A stretch of DNA of 64,000 nucleotides, taken from an uncultured Ruminococcus sp. (GTDB lineage Bacteria > Bacillota > Clostridia > Oscillospirales > CAG-272). A program made the translations under genes and the position numbers. Below are positions 35,619 to 45,997 of this stretch, in pieces (position 1 is the first letter of the stretch; each line of letters opens with the position of its first letter). The DNA is taken from positions 12,878 to 76,877 of the forward strand of contig CAYWFS010000001.1 of the NCBI GenBank assembly GCA_964457685.1, read 5' to 3'. The notes below the pieces were generated by a model. It was given only the letters and a program-made list of their open reading frames with translations. It did no database searches and was not told the DNA's origin.

Positions 35619-35837
35619 GTGATTAAAATGGAAATTACACGAGAAACCGTAATCGGAGACATCGTTGATTTTGATCCCGATACAGCTGAGGTATTCCTTG
35701 ACTGCGGAATGCATTGCCTCGATTGTCCCATTTCGAGAATGGAAACAGTTGAAGAAGCCTGCGAGGTTCACGGAGTTGACCCCGATGAGCTTATCGAGAA
35801 TCTGAAAGACTATTTTGAGCATAAAAACGACAAATAA
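35619..35837 (+). CDS. DUF1858 domain protein (hybrid-cluster-associated redox disulfide family)
   Basis: 72 aa with a CGMHCLDCP motif; GGAG Shine-Dalgarno sequence. Confidence 0.7.
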   Translation: MIKMEITRETVIGDIVDFDPDTAEVFLDCGMHCLDCPISRMETVEEACEVHGVDPDELIENLKDYFEHKNDK

Positions 35838-35848
35838 ATAAATTTAAA

Positions 35849-35872
35849 GGCGGTCGACGTGCCGTCTTTTTG
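35849..35872 (+). terminator. Weak terminator-like hairpin
   Basis: GGCGG (35849-35853) pairs with CCGTC (35862-35866), then TTTTT. Confidence 0.35.
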
Positions 35873-35882
35873 CATATTAAAA

Positions 35883-36578
35883 ATGAATGATATAAAATTA
35901 AAGCTTGATAAAAGACTTTCTGCCGCCGCTTCGTTTGTTAGAGACGGTGCGGTAGTTGCGGATATAGGAACGGATCATGCGTATCTTCCCGTGTATCTGC
36001 TTCTTCATGGAAAATGTAAATCTGCACTGGCATCGGATATAAACAAGGGACCGCTTGACAGTGCTGTGGCAAACGCAAAAAAATACGGTGTTTTCGGGCA
36101 AATGGATTTCGCACTTGTCGGAGGAATAAGCGATGAGGTGTGTGAAAGAAATTCCGTTACAGATGTAGTTATTTGCGGAATGGGAGGGGAGCTTATCGCA
36201 AAAATAATCTCCGAATCCGAATACGCAAAAAAAGCCGGAGTACGTCTTGTGCTTCAGCCTATGTCGTTTGCACCGGAGCTTAGGGAATATCTGCTTTCAC
36301 ACGGCTTTTGTATACTTGACGAAAAATTGTGCAGAGCCGCCGGACGTGTATATACCGTAATATGTGCCGAATATGACGGAGAAAAACGTGAATACAGTGA
36401 GCTTGAACTTGCACTCGGCAAAAAAAATATAGAAAAACGAGATGAGCTTTTCCGTGATTACAGCGAAAAAAACGCGGATAAGTTGCGTACTCAGATTAAA
36501 GGAAAAACAAGCGGCGGTGTAGATTGCACGGCTGAAAAAAGACTGCTTTCCGAAATAGAAAGGCTTACGGAGGAATAA
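35883..36578 (+). CDS. trmK: tRNA (adenine22-N1)-methyltransferase
   Basis: VADIGTDHAYLPVYL SAM-binding motif, paired with a downstream nif3-like gene. The ATG at 35883 is preferred over the GTG at 35859, which lies inside the hairpin. Confidence 0.8.
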   Translation: MNDIKLKLDKRLSAAASFVRDGAVVADIGTDHAYLPVYLLLHGKCKSALASDINKGPLDSAVANAKKYGVFGQMDFALVGGISDEVCERNSVTDVVICGMGGELIAKIISESEYAKKAGVRLVLQPMSFAPELREYLLSHGFCILDEKLCRAAGRVYTVICAEYDGEKREYSELELALGKKNIEKRDELFRDYSEKNADKLRTQIKGKTSGGVDCTAEKRLLSEIERLTEE

Positions 36579-36579
36579 A

Positions 36580-37350
36580 ATGACGGTAAGAGAGCTTTAT
36601 AAAATAATAGACGGCTTCTGCCCGAGAGAGCTTTCCTGCTCATGGGATAACGATGGTATAATGGTCTCGGGAAATCTCGATAAAGAAGTAAAGAGAGTTC
36701 TTCTTTCGCTTGATGCAACGGGAGAGGCTGTAAAATACGCAAACGAAAACGGCTTTGACTTGCTGATAACTCACCATCCCATGCTGTTTAGAGGTGTGAA
36801 AAGCGTGAATGATGAAAATATTTACGGAAGCAGAATAATAAACGCACTTTCCGGAGGTGTTTCCGTGCTGTCTTTTCACACACGTCTCGATGCCTGCCAT
36901 GGCGGAGTAAACGATGCACTTGCGAATAAGCTGGGATTTAAGGTAAGTGAGAGCTTTGGTGATGATGAAAGTCCCGACCTCGGAAGAATCTGCGATATTC
37001 CTCCCATGACGGCATATGAGCTTGCACTTCGCGTAAAGGAAAAACTCGGCTGTGATGCGGTGAGACTTAACGGTAAGTGTGATACTGTAGTTACAAAAGT
37101 AGCTTTATGTGGCGGTGACGGAAAAGAGTTTGTATATCCCGCACTTATGAGCGGATGTGACGCATATATTACGGGAGACTGCGGATACAATATGGCAGGA
37201 GATGCCGTAGAGGATGGACTTGTCACAATAGAAGCAGGACATTATCATACGGAGGCTCCCGTTCTTTCCGTGCTTGAAAGAATAGTGCGTGAAAGCTGTG
37301 ATGCCGAGGTCGAATACTATGATTCCTGCACATATAAAGTTGTAATATGA
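36580..37350 (+). CDS. Nif3-like dinuclear metal centre protein (YqfO family)
   Basis: 256 aa with ITHHPMLF and C-terminal GHYHTE motifs. Confidence 0.85.
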   Translation: MTVRELYKIIDGFCPRELSCSWDNDGIMVSGNLDKEVKRVLLSLDATGEAVKYANENGFDLLITHHPMLFRGVKSVNDENIYGSRIINALSGGVSVLSFHTRLDACHGGVNDALANKLGFKVSESFGDDESPDLGRICDIPPMTAYELALRVKEKLGCDAVRLNGKCDTVVTKVALCGGDGKEFVYPALMSGCDAYITGDCGYNMAGDAVEDGLVTIEAGHYHTEAPVLSVLERIVRESCDAEVEYYDSCTYKVVI

Positions 37351-37358
37351 TTTTCTAA

Positions 37359-37417
37359 AACGTCTGTCGTGAAAATCGGGCAATAAGTCTGAATTTCGAC
37401 CGACGTTTATTTTATTT
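37359..37417 (+). terminator. Rho-independent terminator after the nif3-like gene
   Basis: AACGTCTGTCG (37359-37369) pairs with CGACCGACGTT (37397-37407) with one mismatch, followed by a T-rich tail. Confidence 0.65.
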
Positions 37418-37453
37418 GAGATATTTGTTAGCGGTACATTAACGATATTAATA

Positions 37454-37482
37454 TTGACGTTTCGGCGGTTTTGGAGTATAAT
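37454..37482 (+). promoter_or_regulatory. Sigma-A promoter of the DUF512-der-plsY operon
   Basis: TTGACG (37454-37459), a 17-nt spacer, then TATAAT (37477-37482). Confidence 0.65.
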
Positions 37483-37528
37483 ATTTACAATAGGATTTTT
37501 ATGATTATTTTTTGACAAGGATGATAAA

Positions 37529-38824
37529 ATGGTAGTAATAACAGGGGTTTTGCCCCATTCAAGAGCCGAAAAAGCCGGTATTCAGCCGGGCGATTATCTG
37601 CTTGAAATAAATTCTCATCCGATAAACGATGTTCTCGATTACCGCTTCCGTCTTGCCGATACAACGGTAGTGCTGAAGCTTCACAGAGGACCCGATATTA
37701 TCGAGAAAAAGATTAAAAAATCGGAATATGACGACATAGGACTTGAGTTCGGTACTCCCTTGATGGACAAAAAGCACAGATGCGAAAACGGATGTATCTT
37801 CTGCTTTATCGACCAGAACCCGAAAGGAATGAGAGAGACAATATACTTCAAGGACGATGACAGCAGACTTGCGTTCCTCCACGGAAACTACATCACGCTG
37901 ACAAATCTGCATGAGGAAGATATAGATAGAATAATCGAGATGCATATTTCTCCCGTCAATATCTCCGTGCATACAACAAACCCCGAGCTTCGTGTAAAAA
38001 TGATGAAAAACAAACGCTCCGGTGAGGTGCTTGCGTATATAGACAAGCTGGCGAATGCAGGTATAAAGCTTCACGGTCAGGTAGTTCTTTGCAAGGGAAT
38101 AAACGACGGTGCGGAGCTTGACAGAACAATGCGTGACCTCTCAAAGTATTATCCCGTAATGGAAAGCGTGTCGATAGTTCCCGTAGGGCTTACGAGATAC
38201 AGAGACAATCTCTATCCGCTCAAGCCCTTTAATGCGGAAGAATGTGCCGAGGTCATAAAGCAGATTGATAAATTCAATGATACTCTTGAGGAGAGAATGT
38301 TCTTTGCATCAGACGAGTTTTATGTTTTGAGTAACACTCCGTTCCCGAATGAAGAATACTACGGAGAATATACTCAGCTTGACAACGGCGTGGGAATGAT
38401 TACTTCGTTTACGACTGAATTTGAGTCTATGATGAGAACACTTGATGATGACGAATGCTCAATCGAAAGGGAAGTCTCGATAGCGACAGGCGAATCCGCA
38501 TACGCTATGATGACATCACTTGTAGAAAAGCTTGAAGCAGTCTGTCCGAAGCTGAAATGTCATGTGTATGCTGTAAAGAATAATTTCTTCGGCGGTGAGG
38601 TAACGGTAACCGGTCTTCTCACCGGTAAGGATCTTTCGGAGCAGCTTGCGGATAAGGAACTCGGAGACACACTCTATCTTTCGAGAACAACACTCAGAGC
38701 TGAGGGCGACCTTTTCCTCTGTGGAATGTCCCCTGAGGAGCTGAGTGAAAAGCTCGGTGGAATCAATATAGAATTTACGGAAAACGACGGAGCGGAACTC
38801 GTGGAAAAGCTCCTCAGACTTTAA
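37529..38824 (+). CDS. PDZ plus DUF512 radical-SAM-like protein
   Basis: 431 aa with an N-terminal PDZ-like region (GVLPHSRAEKAGIQPGDYLLEING) and a Cys cluster CENGCIFCF. It occupies the conserved position upstream of der. Confidence 0.75.
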   Translation: MVVITGVLPHSRAEKAGIQPGDYLLEINSHPINDVLDYRFRLADTTVVLKLHRGPDIIEKKIKKSEYDDIGLEFGTPLMDKKHRCENGCIFCFIDQNPKGMRETIYFKDDDSRLAFLHGNYITLTNLHEEDIDRIIEMHISPVNISVHTTNPELRVKMMKNKRSGEVLAYIDKLANAGIKLHGQVVLCKGINDGAELDRTMRDLSKYYPVMESVSIVPVGLTRYRDNLYPLKPFNAEECAEVIKQIDKFNDTLEERMFFASDEFYVLSNTPFPNEEYYGEYTQLDNGVGMITSFTTEFESMMRTLDDDECSIEREVSIATGESAYAMMTSLVEKLEAVCPKLKCHVYAVKNNFFGGEVTVTGLLTGKDLSEQLADKELGDTLYLSRTTLRAEGDLFLCGMSPEELSEKLGGINIEFTENDGAELVEKLLRL

Positions 38825-38844
38825 AAGACGAAAGGAGACATATA

Positions 38845-40182
38845 ATGTCAAAACCGGTAATTGCAATAGTCGGACGACCCAACGTGGGAAAATCGACACT
38901 TTTTAATAAACTCATAGGTGAAAGACGTGCGATAGTAGAGGATACTCCCGGTATCACAAGAGACAGAATATACGGCGAAACCGAATGGAGAGGAAAGGTG
39001 TTCTCCGTTATAGATACGGGCGGTATCGAGCCTAAAACAGACAACCTTATCTTAAAGAAAATGCGTGAGCAGGCTCAGGTTGCTATAGACACCGCCGATG
39101 TTATCCTCTTTATGTGCGATATAAGAACGGGACTTCTTGCGGATGACCTTGATATTGCCGTAATGCTCAAGAAAAGCGGAAAGCCCATTATCCCCGTCAT
39201 AAACAAAGCGGATAAGATAGGTAACGTGCCGCCGGAATTTTACGAATTCTATGAGCTTGGCTTCGATATAGACCCCATTGCAATCTCCTCCCTCCACGGA
39301 AGCGGAAGCGGTGACGTACTCGATGCGGTTATAGAAGCTCTCCCCGAATTTGAAAACGAGGAAGAAGACAACGATACCATCTCCGTTGCGGTAATAGGTA
39401 AGCCGAACGCAGGTAAATCCTCCCTTGTAAACCGTGTGCTTGGTGACGAAAGATGTATCGTTTCCGATATGCCCGGTACAACAAGAGACGCTATCGACAC
39501 ATATTTTGAAAACTCTTTCGGTAAGTATAACTTCATCGACACAGCGGGTATTCGCCGTCAGTCGAGAGTTGACGATAAGATAGAAAAAATCAGCGTTCTT
39601 CGTGCAAAAATGGCAGTCGAAAGAGCCGATGTATGCCTTATCATGATAGACGCAAACACAGGTATAACAGAGCAGGATGAAAAGATTGCCGGTATTGCTC
39701 ATGAAGCCGGAAAAGCCTGCATTATCTGTGTAAATAAGTGGGACAGCATTGAAAAGGATAACTCCACAACAAACGAGTTTAACAAAAAGATAACGGAGTC
39801 CCTTTCATATATGACCTATGCACCGATAATGTATATCTCCGCAAAAACAGGTCAGAGAATAGACAAGCTGTTCGAGATGATAAACTATGTCCACAATCAG
39901 ACAAATATGCGTGTGTCTACAGGTATGCTCAATGATGTTCTTGCAGACGCAGTTGCGAGAGTTCAGCCGCCGTCAGATAAGGGAAGAAGACTCAGAATCT
40001 ACTATATGACTCAAACACAGGTTGCTCCTCCCACATTCGTTATTTTCTGTAATATGGCAGAGCTGTTCCACTTCTCCTACCAGAGATATATCGAAAACTG
40101 CCTGCGACAGACCTTCGGCTTCAAGGGAACTCCCATTAGACTGATAATCCGTCAGAAGGGCGAGAGCGAGGATAACGACTGA
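38845..40182 (+). CDS. der: Ribosome-biogenesis GTPase Der (EngA)
   Basis: Two G domains (GRPNVGKSTLFN and GKPNAGKSSLVN) plus a KH-like C-terminus. Confidence 0.92.
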   Translation: MSKPVIAIVGRPNVGKSTLFNKLIGERRAIVEDTPGITRDRIYGETEWRGKVFSVIDTGGIEPKTDNLILKKMREQAQVAIDTADVILFMCDIRTGLLADDLDIAVMLKKSGKPIIPVINKADKIGNVPPEFYEFYELGFDIDPIAISSLHGSGSGDVLDAVIEALPEFENEEEDNDTISVAVIGKPNAGKSSLVNRVLGDERCIVSDMPGTTRDAIDTYFENSFGKYNFIDTAGIRRQSRVDDKIEKISVLRAKMAVERADVCLIMIDANTGITEQDEKIAGIAHEAGKACIICVNKWDSIEKDNSTTNEFNKKITESLSYMTYAPIMYISAKTGQRIDKLFEMINYVHNQTNMRVSTGMLNDVLADAVARVQPPSDKGRRLRIYYMTQTQVAPPTFVIFCNMAELFHFSYQRYIENCLRQTFGFKGTPIRLIIRQKGESEDND

Positions 40183-40868
40183 TGCTTCACTTCTTTTTAC
40201 GCTATAAAACAGGTATGCTCGGACTTATCGGTGCGAATTTCCATGATATTCCCCTTGTCGTAAGTATGCTTCTTATCCTTGTCTATGTATTCATTCCATA
40301 TCTTCTCGGAAGTATAAATACCGCTATAATCGTTTCAAAAGCAATGTATCACGATGACATAAGAAAATACGGAAGCGGTAACGCAGGCTTTACAAATGTA
40401 ATGAGAACATACGGCAAAAAAGCGGCAATAATTACGTTTGTCGGTGACCTTGCGAAAACCATGCTTGCGGTTCTTATCGGATGGAGCGTTTTCGGTTACC
40501 TTACCGCATATATAGCAGGACTTGCTTGCCTTATAGGTCACGTTTTCCCGATTTTCTACGGCTTCAAGGGCGGAAAAGGTGTGCTTTGTCTGACAGCGAT
40601 ACTCTTTATGCTTGACTGGAGACTGTTCCTCATTCTTCTTGTAATGTTTGTTATTCTTGTTTACGGAACAAAGTATATCTCCGCAGGCAGCGTTATTTGT
40701 GCAATGCTTTTCCCGCTTCTCCTCAACAGAATGAACAATACTCCGTTCCAGATGATAGAGATAATAGCTCTTGCGATTGCGGTAATAATCGTGGTAAAGC
40801 ATATAGGCAATATAAAGCGTATTTTTAACGGTACCGAAAGCAAATTCAAGTTCAAAAAGAGTAAGTAG
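40182..40868 (+). CDS. plsY: Glycerol-3-phosphate acyltransferase PlsY
   Basis: GSGNAGFTNVMR and FKGGKGV motifs; polytopic. The true start may be a downstream Met (for example 40215). Confidence 0.85.
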   Translation: MLHFFLRYKTGMLGLIGANFHDIPLVVSMLLILVYVFIPYLLGSINTAIIVSKAMYHDDIRKYGSGNAGFTNVMRTYGKKAAIITFVGDLAKTMLAVLIGWSVFGYLTAYIAGLACLIGHVFPIFYGFKGGKGVLCLTAILFMLDWRLFLILLVMFVILVYGTKYISAGSVICAMLFPLLLNRMNNTPFQMIEIIALAIAVIIVVKHIGNIKRIFNGTESKFKFKKSK

Positions 40869-40882
40869 CAGGACAACTGACG

Positions 40883-42043
40883 ATGGAAAACGAAAAAATA
40901 ACATCATTTGCCGAGCTGTGTGTGAAAAGCGTTGAAAACGGATCTTTGAAAAGCCTTACCTTTCATTCACCCGAAAAAGGAGAGAAGCTTAAAACAAAGG
41001 GAAAGCTTGTAAAAATAGGCGGCAAGACGGTAGTTCAGCTTGAAACTTCACTCACGGAGGGCAGAGTAGCACAGGAAAACATCACATCCGAAGATATAAA
41101 CGAATACGTTGTAAAACAGTTTGAAGTTTACAAAAAAGCGGATCTCGCCGATGAGGGTGGACAGGCATCCGTTATGGTATCGAAAAAGGGTGCGGTAACT
41201 CTGCTGAAAAAAGGCAAGATAGGCGAAACGGATGCCTCAGTTCTTTCAAACGAAAACAACAGAGTGAAAAAACGTCTCCTTGACGGTAGCGAAAAGTTCC
41301 TCAGAGAGCTTGGTGTTTCCGATGAGAATGGCAGAGTTCACGATAAAAAGCAGTCGAAATTCCGTCAGATATGCCGTTTTGCGGAGTATATCGTTGAAGC
41401 TGAAAAGAAAATATCGACAAAAGGCGAGCTTTACGTTTGCGACCTTTGTTGCGGTAAGAGCTATCTCAGCTTTGCGGCTTATCATGTGCTTACCGAGGTT
41501 TGCGGAAGAGAAGTAGTCATGGATTGCGTTGACCTCAAAAAAAGCGTCATGGATTATTGCTCCGACATAGCAAAGCGTTGCTCCATGAACGGAATGAACT
41601 TCTATGCAATGAACATCTCCGATTTTAAGGCAAGACGCGAACCCGACCTCGTAATATCTCTCCATGCCTGCGACATAGCTACAGATATAGTTCTTGATTT
41701 TGCGACAAAGAATAAAGCCGAGATAATTCTCGCAACTCCGTGCTGTCATCATCAGATGAATAACGAAATGAATTGTCCCGAGCTTGAATTTATAGCAAAA
41801 TATTCAATGCTGAAACAGAAGCTTGCCGCCGCCGCAACAGACGCACTCAGACTTCTTATGCTTGAATCCGAGGGATATAAGACGGACGCAACCGAGCTTA
41901 TCGACCCCGAGGATACACCGAAGAACATAATGCTCAGAGGAGTCAGAAAAAAGAATTACTCCCCCGAATCAAAGTCGGCAGCAGATAAGCGTGAAGAATA
42001 CAGAAAAGCATATTTCTATATGTACGGCAAATATCCCGAATAA
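40883..42043 (+). CDS. SAM-dependent methyltransferase (class I fold), unknown substrate
   Basis: 386 aa. VCDLCCGKSYLS resembles SAM-binding motif I. Confidence 0.55.
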   Translation: MENEKITSFAELCVKSVENGSLKSLTFHSPEKGEKLKTKGKLVKIGGKTVVQLETSLTEGRVAQENITSEDINEYVVKQFEVYKKADLADEGGQASVMVSKKGAVTLLKKGKIGETDASVLSNENNRVKKRLLDGSEKFLRELGVSDENGRVHDKKQSKFRQICRFAEYIVEAEKKISTKGELYVCDLCCGKSYLSFAAYHVLTEVCGREVVMDCVDLKKSVMDYCSDIAKRCSMNGMNFYAMNISDFKARREPDLVISLHACDIATDIVLDFATKNKAEIILATPCCHHQMNNEMNCPELEFIAKYSMLKQKLAAAATDALRLLMLESEGYKTDATELIDPEDTPKNIMLRGVRKKNYSPESKSAADKREEYRKAYFYMYGKYPE

Positions 42044-42065
42044 AATATAAATACACGGAAGGTGG

Positions 42066-43352
42066 ATGACAATGGAAATAAATGAGCTTATTGCAACTAT
42101 CGGTAATCCCGATATAACACCGGACGAGAGACTTTCTGCTCTTGAAAAGATAATGGATAAGGTGAAAAACGGTGAGATGGAAGCACCCGAGAAGGGAATA
42201 TTTGTGAATAACCATATTCATACAACCTATTCTTTCTCCCCCTATACGCCCACATCCGCACTTTTCTATGCGTGGAAGGCAGGTCTCAGAACCGCAGGAA
42301 TAATGGATCACGACAGCGTAGGCGGTATGCGTGAGTTCATTCGTGCGGGCGAGATAATCGGAATGCCCATTACCTGCGGATTTGAATGCAGAGTAAATGT
42401 GGATTCCACACCTCTTGTGGGAAAGAAAATAAATAACCCCGACCAGACTTCATGTGCTTATCTTGCAATGCACGGTATTCCTCATCAGAATATTGATAAA
42501 GCGGAAAAGGTTCTCAGCGGACTTCGTGAAAAGAGAAACGTAAGAAACCGCAAAATGTGCGAGAAGATAACCGCTCTTACAAAGGATTACGGTATAACTC
42601 TCGATTTCGACAGCGATGTATATCCGCTTTCAAAGGCTGACGAGGGTGGTAGCGTTACCGAACGTCACATCTGCTACGGACTCACCAAAAAGATTACTGC
42701 GGCATATCCGTCAAGAGAGGACGCTTGTGACTTTATCGACAAGCTCTGCGGAAGTAAGATGCCCGAAAAAACAAGACAGAAGCTTATCGCAGCTCCCGAT
42801 AATTTCTATGAATACGATATTCTCGGTGTTCTCAAGAGCAGTCTTGTTGAAAAATTCTATGTTCCCGCAACAGACGAATGTATGAATATCCGTGAATTTA
42901 CCGCACTTGCACACGAGCTTGGTGCAGTTTCCGCATATGCATACCTCGGTGATGTAGGCGAATCCCCCACAGGAGATAAAAAGGCTCAGAAGTTCGAGGA
43001 CGATTACCTCCCCGTTCTGTTCGACACACTCAAGGATTGCGGATTCAATGCGGTAACCTATATGCCGTCCAGAAATACCGAAGAACAGCTTGACCGCATT
43101 ATGAAGCTTTGCGAGGAAAAGGGATTCTTCCAGATTTCGGGCGAAGACATAAACTCTCCCCGTCAGTCGTTCATTTGCGAAGCTCTTACAAAGTATCCTC
43201 ATCTCATGAAGGCTACATATGCACTTATAGGTCATGAAAAAGCCGCTACAAACGATGTTCGTGACTCAATGTTCTCAGACGAAACGACCGAAAAATATCC
43301 GAATCTTAACGACAGAATCGAAGCATATTCGACTCATGCCGAAAACAACTGA
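42066..43352 (+). CDS. PHP-domain metal-dependent phosphoesterase-like protein
   Basis: 428 aa with N-terminal NNHIHTTYSFSPY and MDHDSV motifs typical of PHP domains. Confidence 0.65.
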   Translation: MTMEINELIATIGNPDITPDERLSALEKIMDKVKNGEMEAPEKGIFVNNHIHTTYSFSPYTPTSALFYAWKAGLRTAGIMDHDSVGGMREFIRAGEIIGMPITCGFECRVNVDSTPLVGKKINNPDQTSCAYLAMHGIPHQNIDKAEKVLSGLREKRNVRNRKMCEKITALTKDYGITLDFDSDVYPLSKADEGGSVTERHICYGLTKKITAAYPSREDACDFIDKLCGSKMPEKTRQKLIAAPDNFYEYDILGVLKSSLVEKFYVPATDECMNIREFTALAHELGAVSAYAYLGDVGESPTGDKKAQKFEDDYLPVLFDTLKDCGFNAVTYMPSRNTEEQLDRIMKLCEEKGFFQISGEDINSPRQSFICEALTKYPHLMKATYALIGHEKAATNDVRDSMFSDETTEKYPNLNDRIEAYSTHAENN

Positions 43353-43375
43353 AACGATTGAAAGGAAGAACGAAA

Positions 43376-45328
43376 ATGCTTGATACACTTGTTGAATTTT
43401 CAAACAGATACGGCAAAAATCCTAAATTTGTTCTTGCAGGAGGCGGAAATACCTCATATAAAACAGAGGACACACTCTATGTAAAGGGTAGCGGAACCTC
43501 TCTTGCAAACATCACCGCAGACGGATTTGTAAAGATGAACCGTGCGTCTCTTGCCGAAATTTGGAATAAAAAGTATTCCGAAGACAGTGCGGAAAGAGAA
43601 GCTCAGGTGCTTTCCGATATGATGTGTGCGAAAATGCCCGGTGAAGACGGTAAGCGTCCGTCGGTTGAAACTCTCCTCCACGACCTTTTCGTGCAGAAGT
43701 TTGTGCTTCACGTTCATCCCTGTGCCGTAAATGCCCTCACCTGCTCCGTAAACGGAAAGGAAGAAAGTAAAAAGCTTTTCCCCGAATCCGTGTGGGTTGA
43801 CGAATGCGAACCCGGATACATACTTGCTGTGAACTGCCGTACAAAGCTTGCGGAATATAAGGCTGAACACGGCAAGGATGCGGGTCTTGTGTTCCTCGGA
43901 AATCACGGTGTATTCTTTGCCGCAGAATCCAAGGACGAGCTTGATGAGCTTGTTTCCGCTGTTATGGCGAAGATAGAGGGAATCACAGGTGAATATCCTG
44001 ATTACACTCCCGTAAACGAGACTGAAAGAAACACATCTGCCGCCGCTGTTGCTCCCATGATCAGAATGGCATACAATGCCGACGGTAAGGCTTTCGTAAA
44101 GTTCACCGCAGACAAAACAACTCTCGAATATGCTTCTTCTGCCGAAAAGTTCGATGAGCTTCGTCAGCCCCTTTCCCCCGACCACATAGTATATTGTAAG
44201 GCTGAACCCCTCTTTATCGAGGAAGCATCCGCAGAAAGCATCAAGACAGCATTTGCTGAATTTGAAGCACGCCGTGGATTTAAGCCGAAGGTAGTTTTCG
44301 TGTGCGGACTCGGTATGTTTACAGTAGGCTCCACTATCAAGGAAGCTGAGACAGCGTGTGAGGTTTGGCATGACGCTATGACAGTAACAACACTTGCTTC
44401 CGCTTTCGGTGGTGTACGTCATATGGCTCCCGAAATGGTTGATTTCATCGTAAACTGGGAAGTTGAAAGCTATCGTGCAAAGGTAAGCCTCGCCGCAGGT
44501 AACGAAAAGCAGCTTTGCGGTAAGATTGCCATCGTAACAGGAAGTGCTCAGGGCTTCGGTGCGGGTATTGCGGAATATCTCGCAAAAGAAGGTGCTGCTG
44601 TTGTTATCGCGGACATGAACTACGACGGTGCTTGTGCTACTGCCGAAAAGCTTACCGCAGAATACGGTGCGTCCACTCTTGCCGTAGCCGCTAACGTATC
44701 CGATGAAGACAGCGTAAGAGAGATGATTGAAAAGACTGTTCTTGCGTTCGGCGGTCTTGATGTGTTCGTAAATAACGCAGGTATCGTTCGTGCAGGCTCT
44801 CTTGAAGAAATGACAAAGAAGAACTTTGAGCTTGTAACCTCCGTTAACTACACCGCATACTTCCTCTGTGCTAAGTACTCCTCTGCTGTTATGAAGGCTC
44901 AGAGAAAAATCTCTCCCAAATACACCGCAGATATTATCGAAATCAACTCCAAGTCCGGTCTTGCAGGCTCCAATAAGAACTTTGCCTATGCCGGAAGTAA
45001 GTTCGGTGGTATCGGTCTTACACAGTCCTTTGCCCTTGAGCTTGCACCGTTCGGAATCAAGGTTAACGCTGTTTGTCCCGGTAACTTCCTTGACGGTCCG
45101 CTGTGGTCAGACCCCGAAAAAGGATTGTTCGTTCAGTATCTTAACGCAGGTAAGGTTCCCGGAGCCAAGACAGTTGCAGATGTTCGTGCATTCTACGAAG
45201 CAAAGGTTCCGCTCGGACGTGGTTGCCGCATAGAAGACGTTGCAAAGGCGGTTCTCTACATCATTGACCAGAAATACGAAACAGGTCAGGCTCTCCCCGT
45301 AACAGGCGGTCAGGAGATGCTGAAGTAA
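43376..45328 (+). CDS. Bifunctional class-II aldolase / short-chain dehydrogenase (rhamnulose-1-phosphate aldolase/SDR-like)
   Basis: N-terminal aldolase/adducin-like half, then an SDR half with IAIVTGSAQGFG and YAGSK. The ATG at 43376 (SD AAAGGAAG) is preferred over the TTG at 43358. Confidence 0.75.
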   Translation: MLDTLVEFSNRYGKNPKFVLAGGGNTSYKTEDTLYVKGSGTSLANITADGFVKMNRASLAEIWNKKYSEDSAEREAQVLSDMMCAKMPGEDGKRPSVETLLHDLFVQKFVLHVHPCAVNALTCSVNGKEESKKLFPESVWVDECEPGYILAVNCRTKLAEYKAEHGKDAGLVFLGNHGVFFAAESKDELDELVSAVMAKIEGITGEYPDYTPVNETERNTSAAAVAPMIRMAYNADGKAFVKFTADKTTLEYASSAEKFDELRQPLSPDHIVYCKAEPLFIEEASAESIKTAFAEFEARRGFKPKVVFVCGLGMFTVGSTIKEAETACEVWHDAMTVTTLASAFGGVRHMAPEMVDFIVNWEVESYRAKVSLAAGNEKQLCGKIAIVTGSAQGFGAGIAEYLAKEGAAVVIADMNYDGACATAEKLTAEYGASTLAVAANVSDEDSVREMIEKTVLAFGGLDVFVNNAGIVRAGSLEEMTKKNFELVTSVNYTAYFLCAKYSSAVMKAQRKISPKYTADIIEINSKSGLAGSNKNFAYAGSKFGGIGLTQSFALELAPFGIKVNAVCPGNFLDGPLWSDPEKGLFVQYLNAGKVPGAKTVADVRAFYEAKVPLGRGCRIEDVAKAVLYIIDQKYETGQALPVTGGQEMLK

Positions 45329-45342
45329 TAAAATAAAAAACG

Positions 45343-45396
45343 GTCGCTTCCCATTTTAACTTGACTATTAAGTTAAAGCGGAGGCGACTTTTTTTG
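45343..45396 (+). terminator. Rho-independent terminator (long hairpin)
   Basis: GTCGCTTC (45343-45350) pairs with GAGGCGAC (45381-45388). An inner helix pairs TTAACTT with AAGTTAA, followed by a T7 run. Confidence 0.7.
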
Positions 45397-45502
45397 TTTT
45401 TTTATATAAAAAAGGGGTAAAATGATGTTTTTTTAGCACTCTGAGCCTGAAAAATATGAATATTGTATAAAATACGGGTGGCATTATTGTCCAAAATGTT
45501 TA

Positions 45503-45531
45503 TTGACATTTATCGTCATATATAGTACAAT
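45503..45531 (+). promoter_or_regulatory. Sigma-A promoter of the blaI/blaR1-like operon
   Basis: TTGACA (45503-45508), a 17-nt spacer, then TACAAT (45526-45531). TACA/TGTA-containing sequence downstream could be the repressor operator. Confidence 0.6.
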
Positions 45532-45590
45532 TGCTATATAATAGTACGCATTGTTTGGCTTGTGTACATAAATTAAGGAGAATATGAACA

Positions 45591-45989
45591 ATGAGAGGAA
45601 GAAGAAAGACAGTTAAGATATCCGAGGCTGAGTGGAGCGTTATGAAAGTTCTTTGGGACGGCTGTGAAAAAAGCGGCAGAGGTCTTACTCTCGGTGAAAT
45701 AGTACAGGAAATCGGTGAAGCTGCCGATTGGACAAGCACTACCATAAGAACCCTTGTAATCAGACTTTCCGATAAGGGAGCAGTGGATATTGACAAATCT
45801 ACGGGAATATATAAGTATTCACCGAAGCTTTTAAAGTCGGATTGCGTAAAATACGAGGTTGATTCCTTTGTGGAGCGTGTGTTTGACAACTGCACCTACA
45901 GCCTTATGGCAACTCTTTGCCGTGAAGGAAAGCTTACCAAAAAGGAAAAAGAAGATATTATCAATATTCTCAGCGATATCGAAGACTGA
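45591..45989 (+). CDS. BlaI/MecI/CopY-family transcriptional repressor
   Basis: 132 aa with the N-terminal ISEAEWSVMKVLWD winged-helix signature. Confidence 0.85.
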   Translation: MRGRRKTVKISEAEWSVMKVLWDGCEKSGRGLTLGEIVQEIGEAADWTSTTIRTLVIRLSDKGAVDIDKSTGIYKYSPKLLKSDCVKYEVDSFVERVFDNCTYSLMATLCREGKLTKKEKEDIINILSDIED

Positions 45990-45997
45990 AGCTTAGT

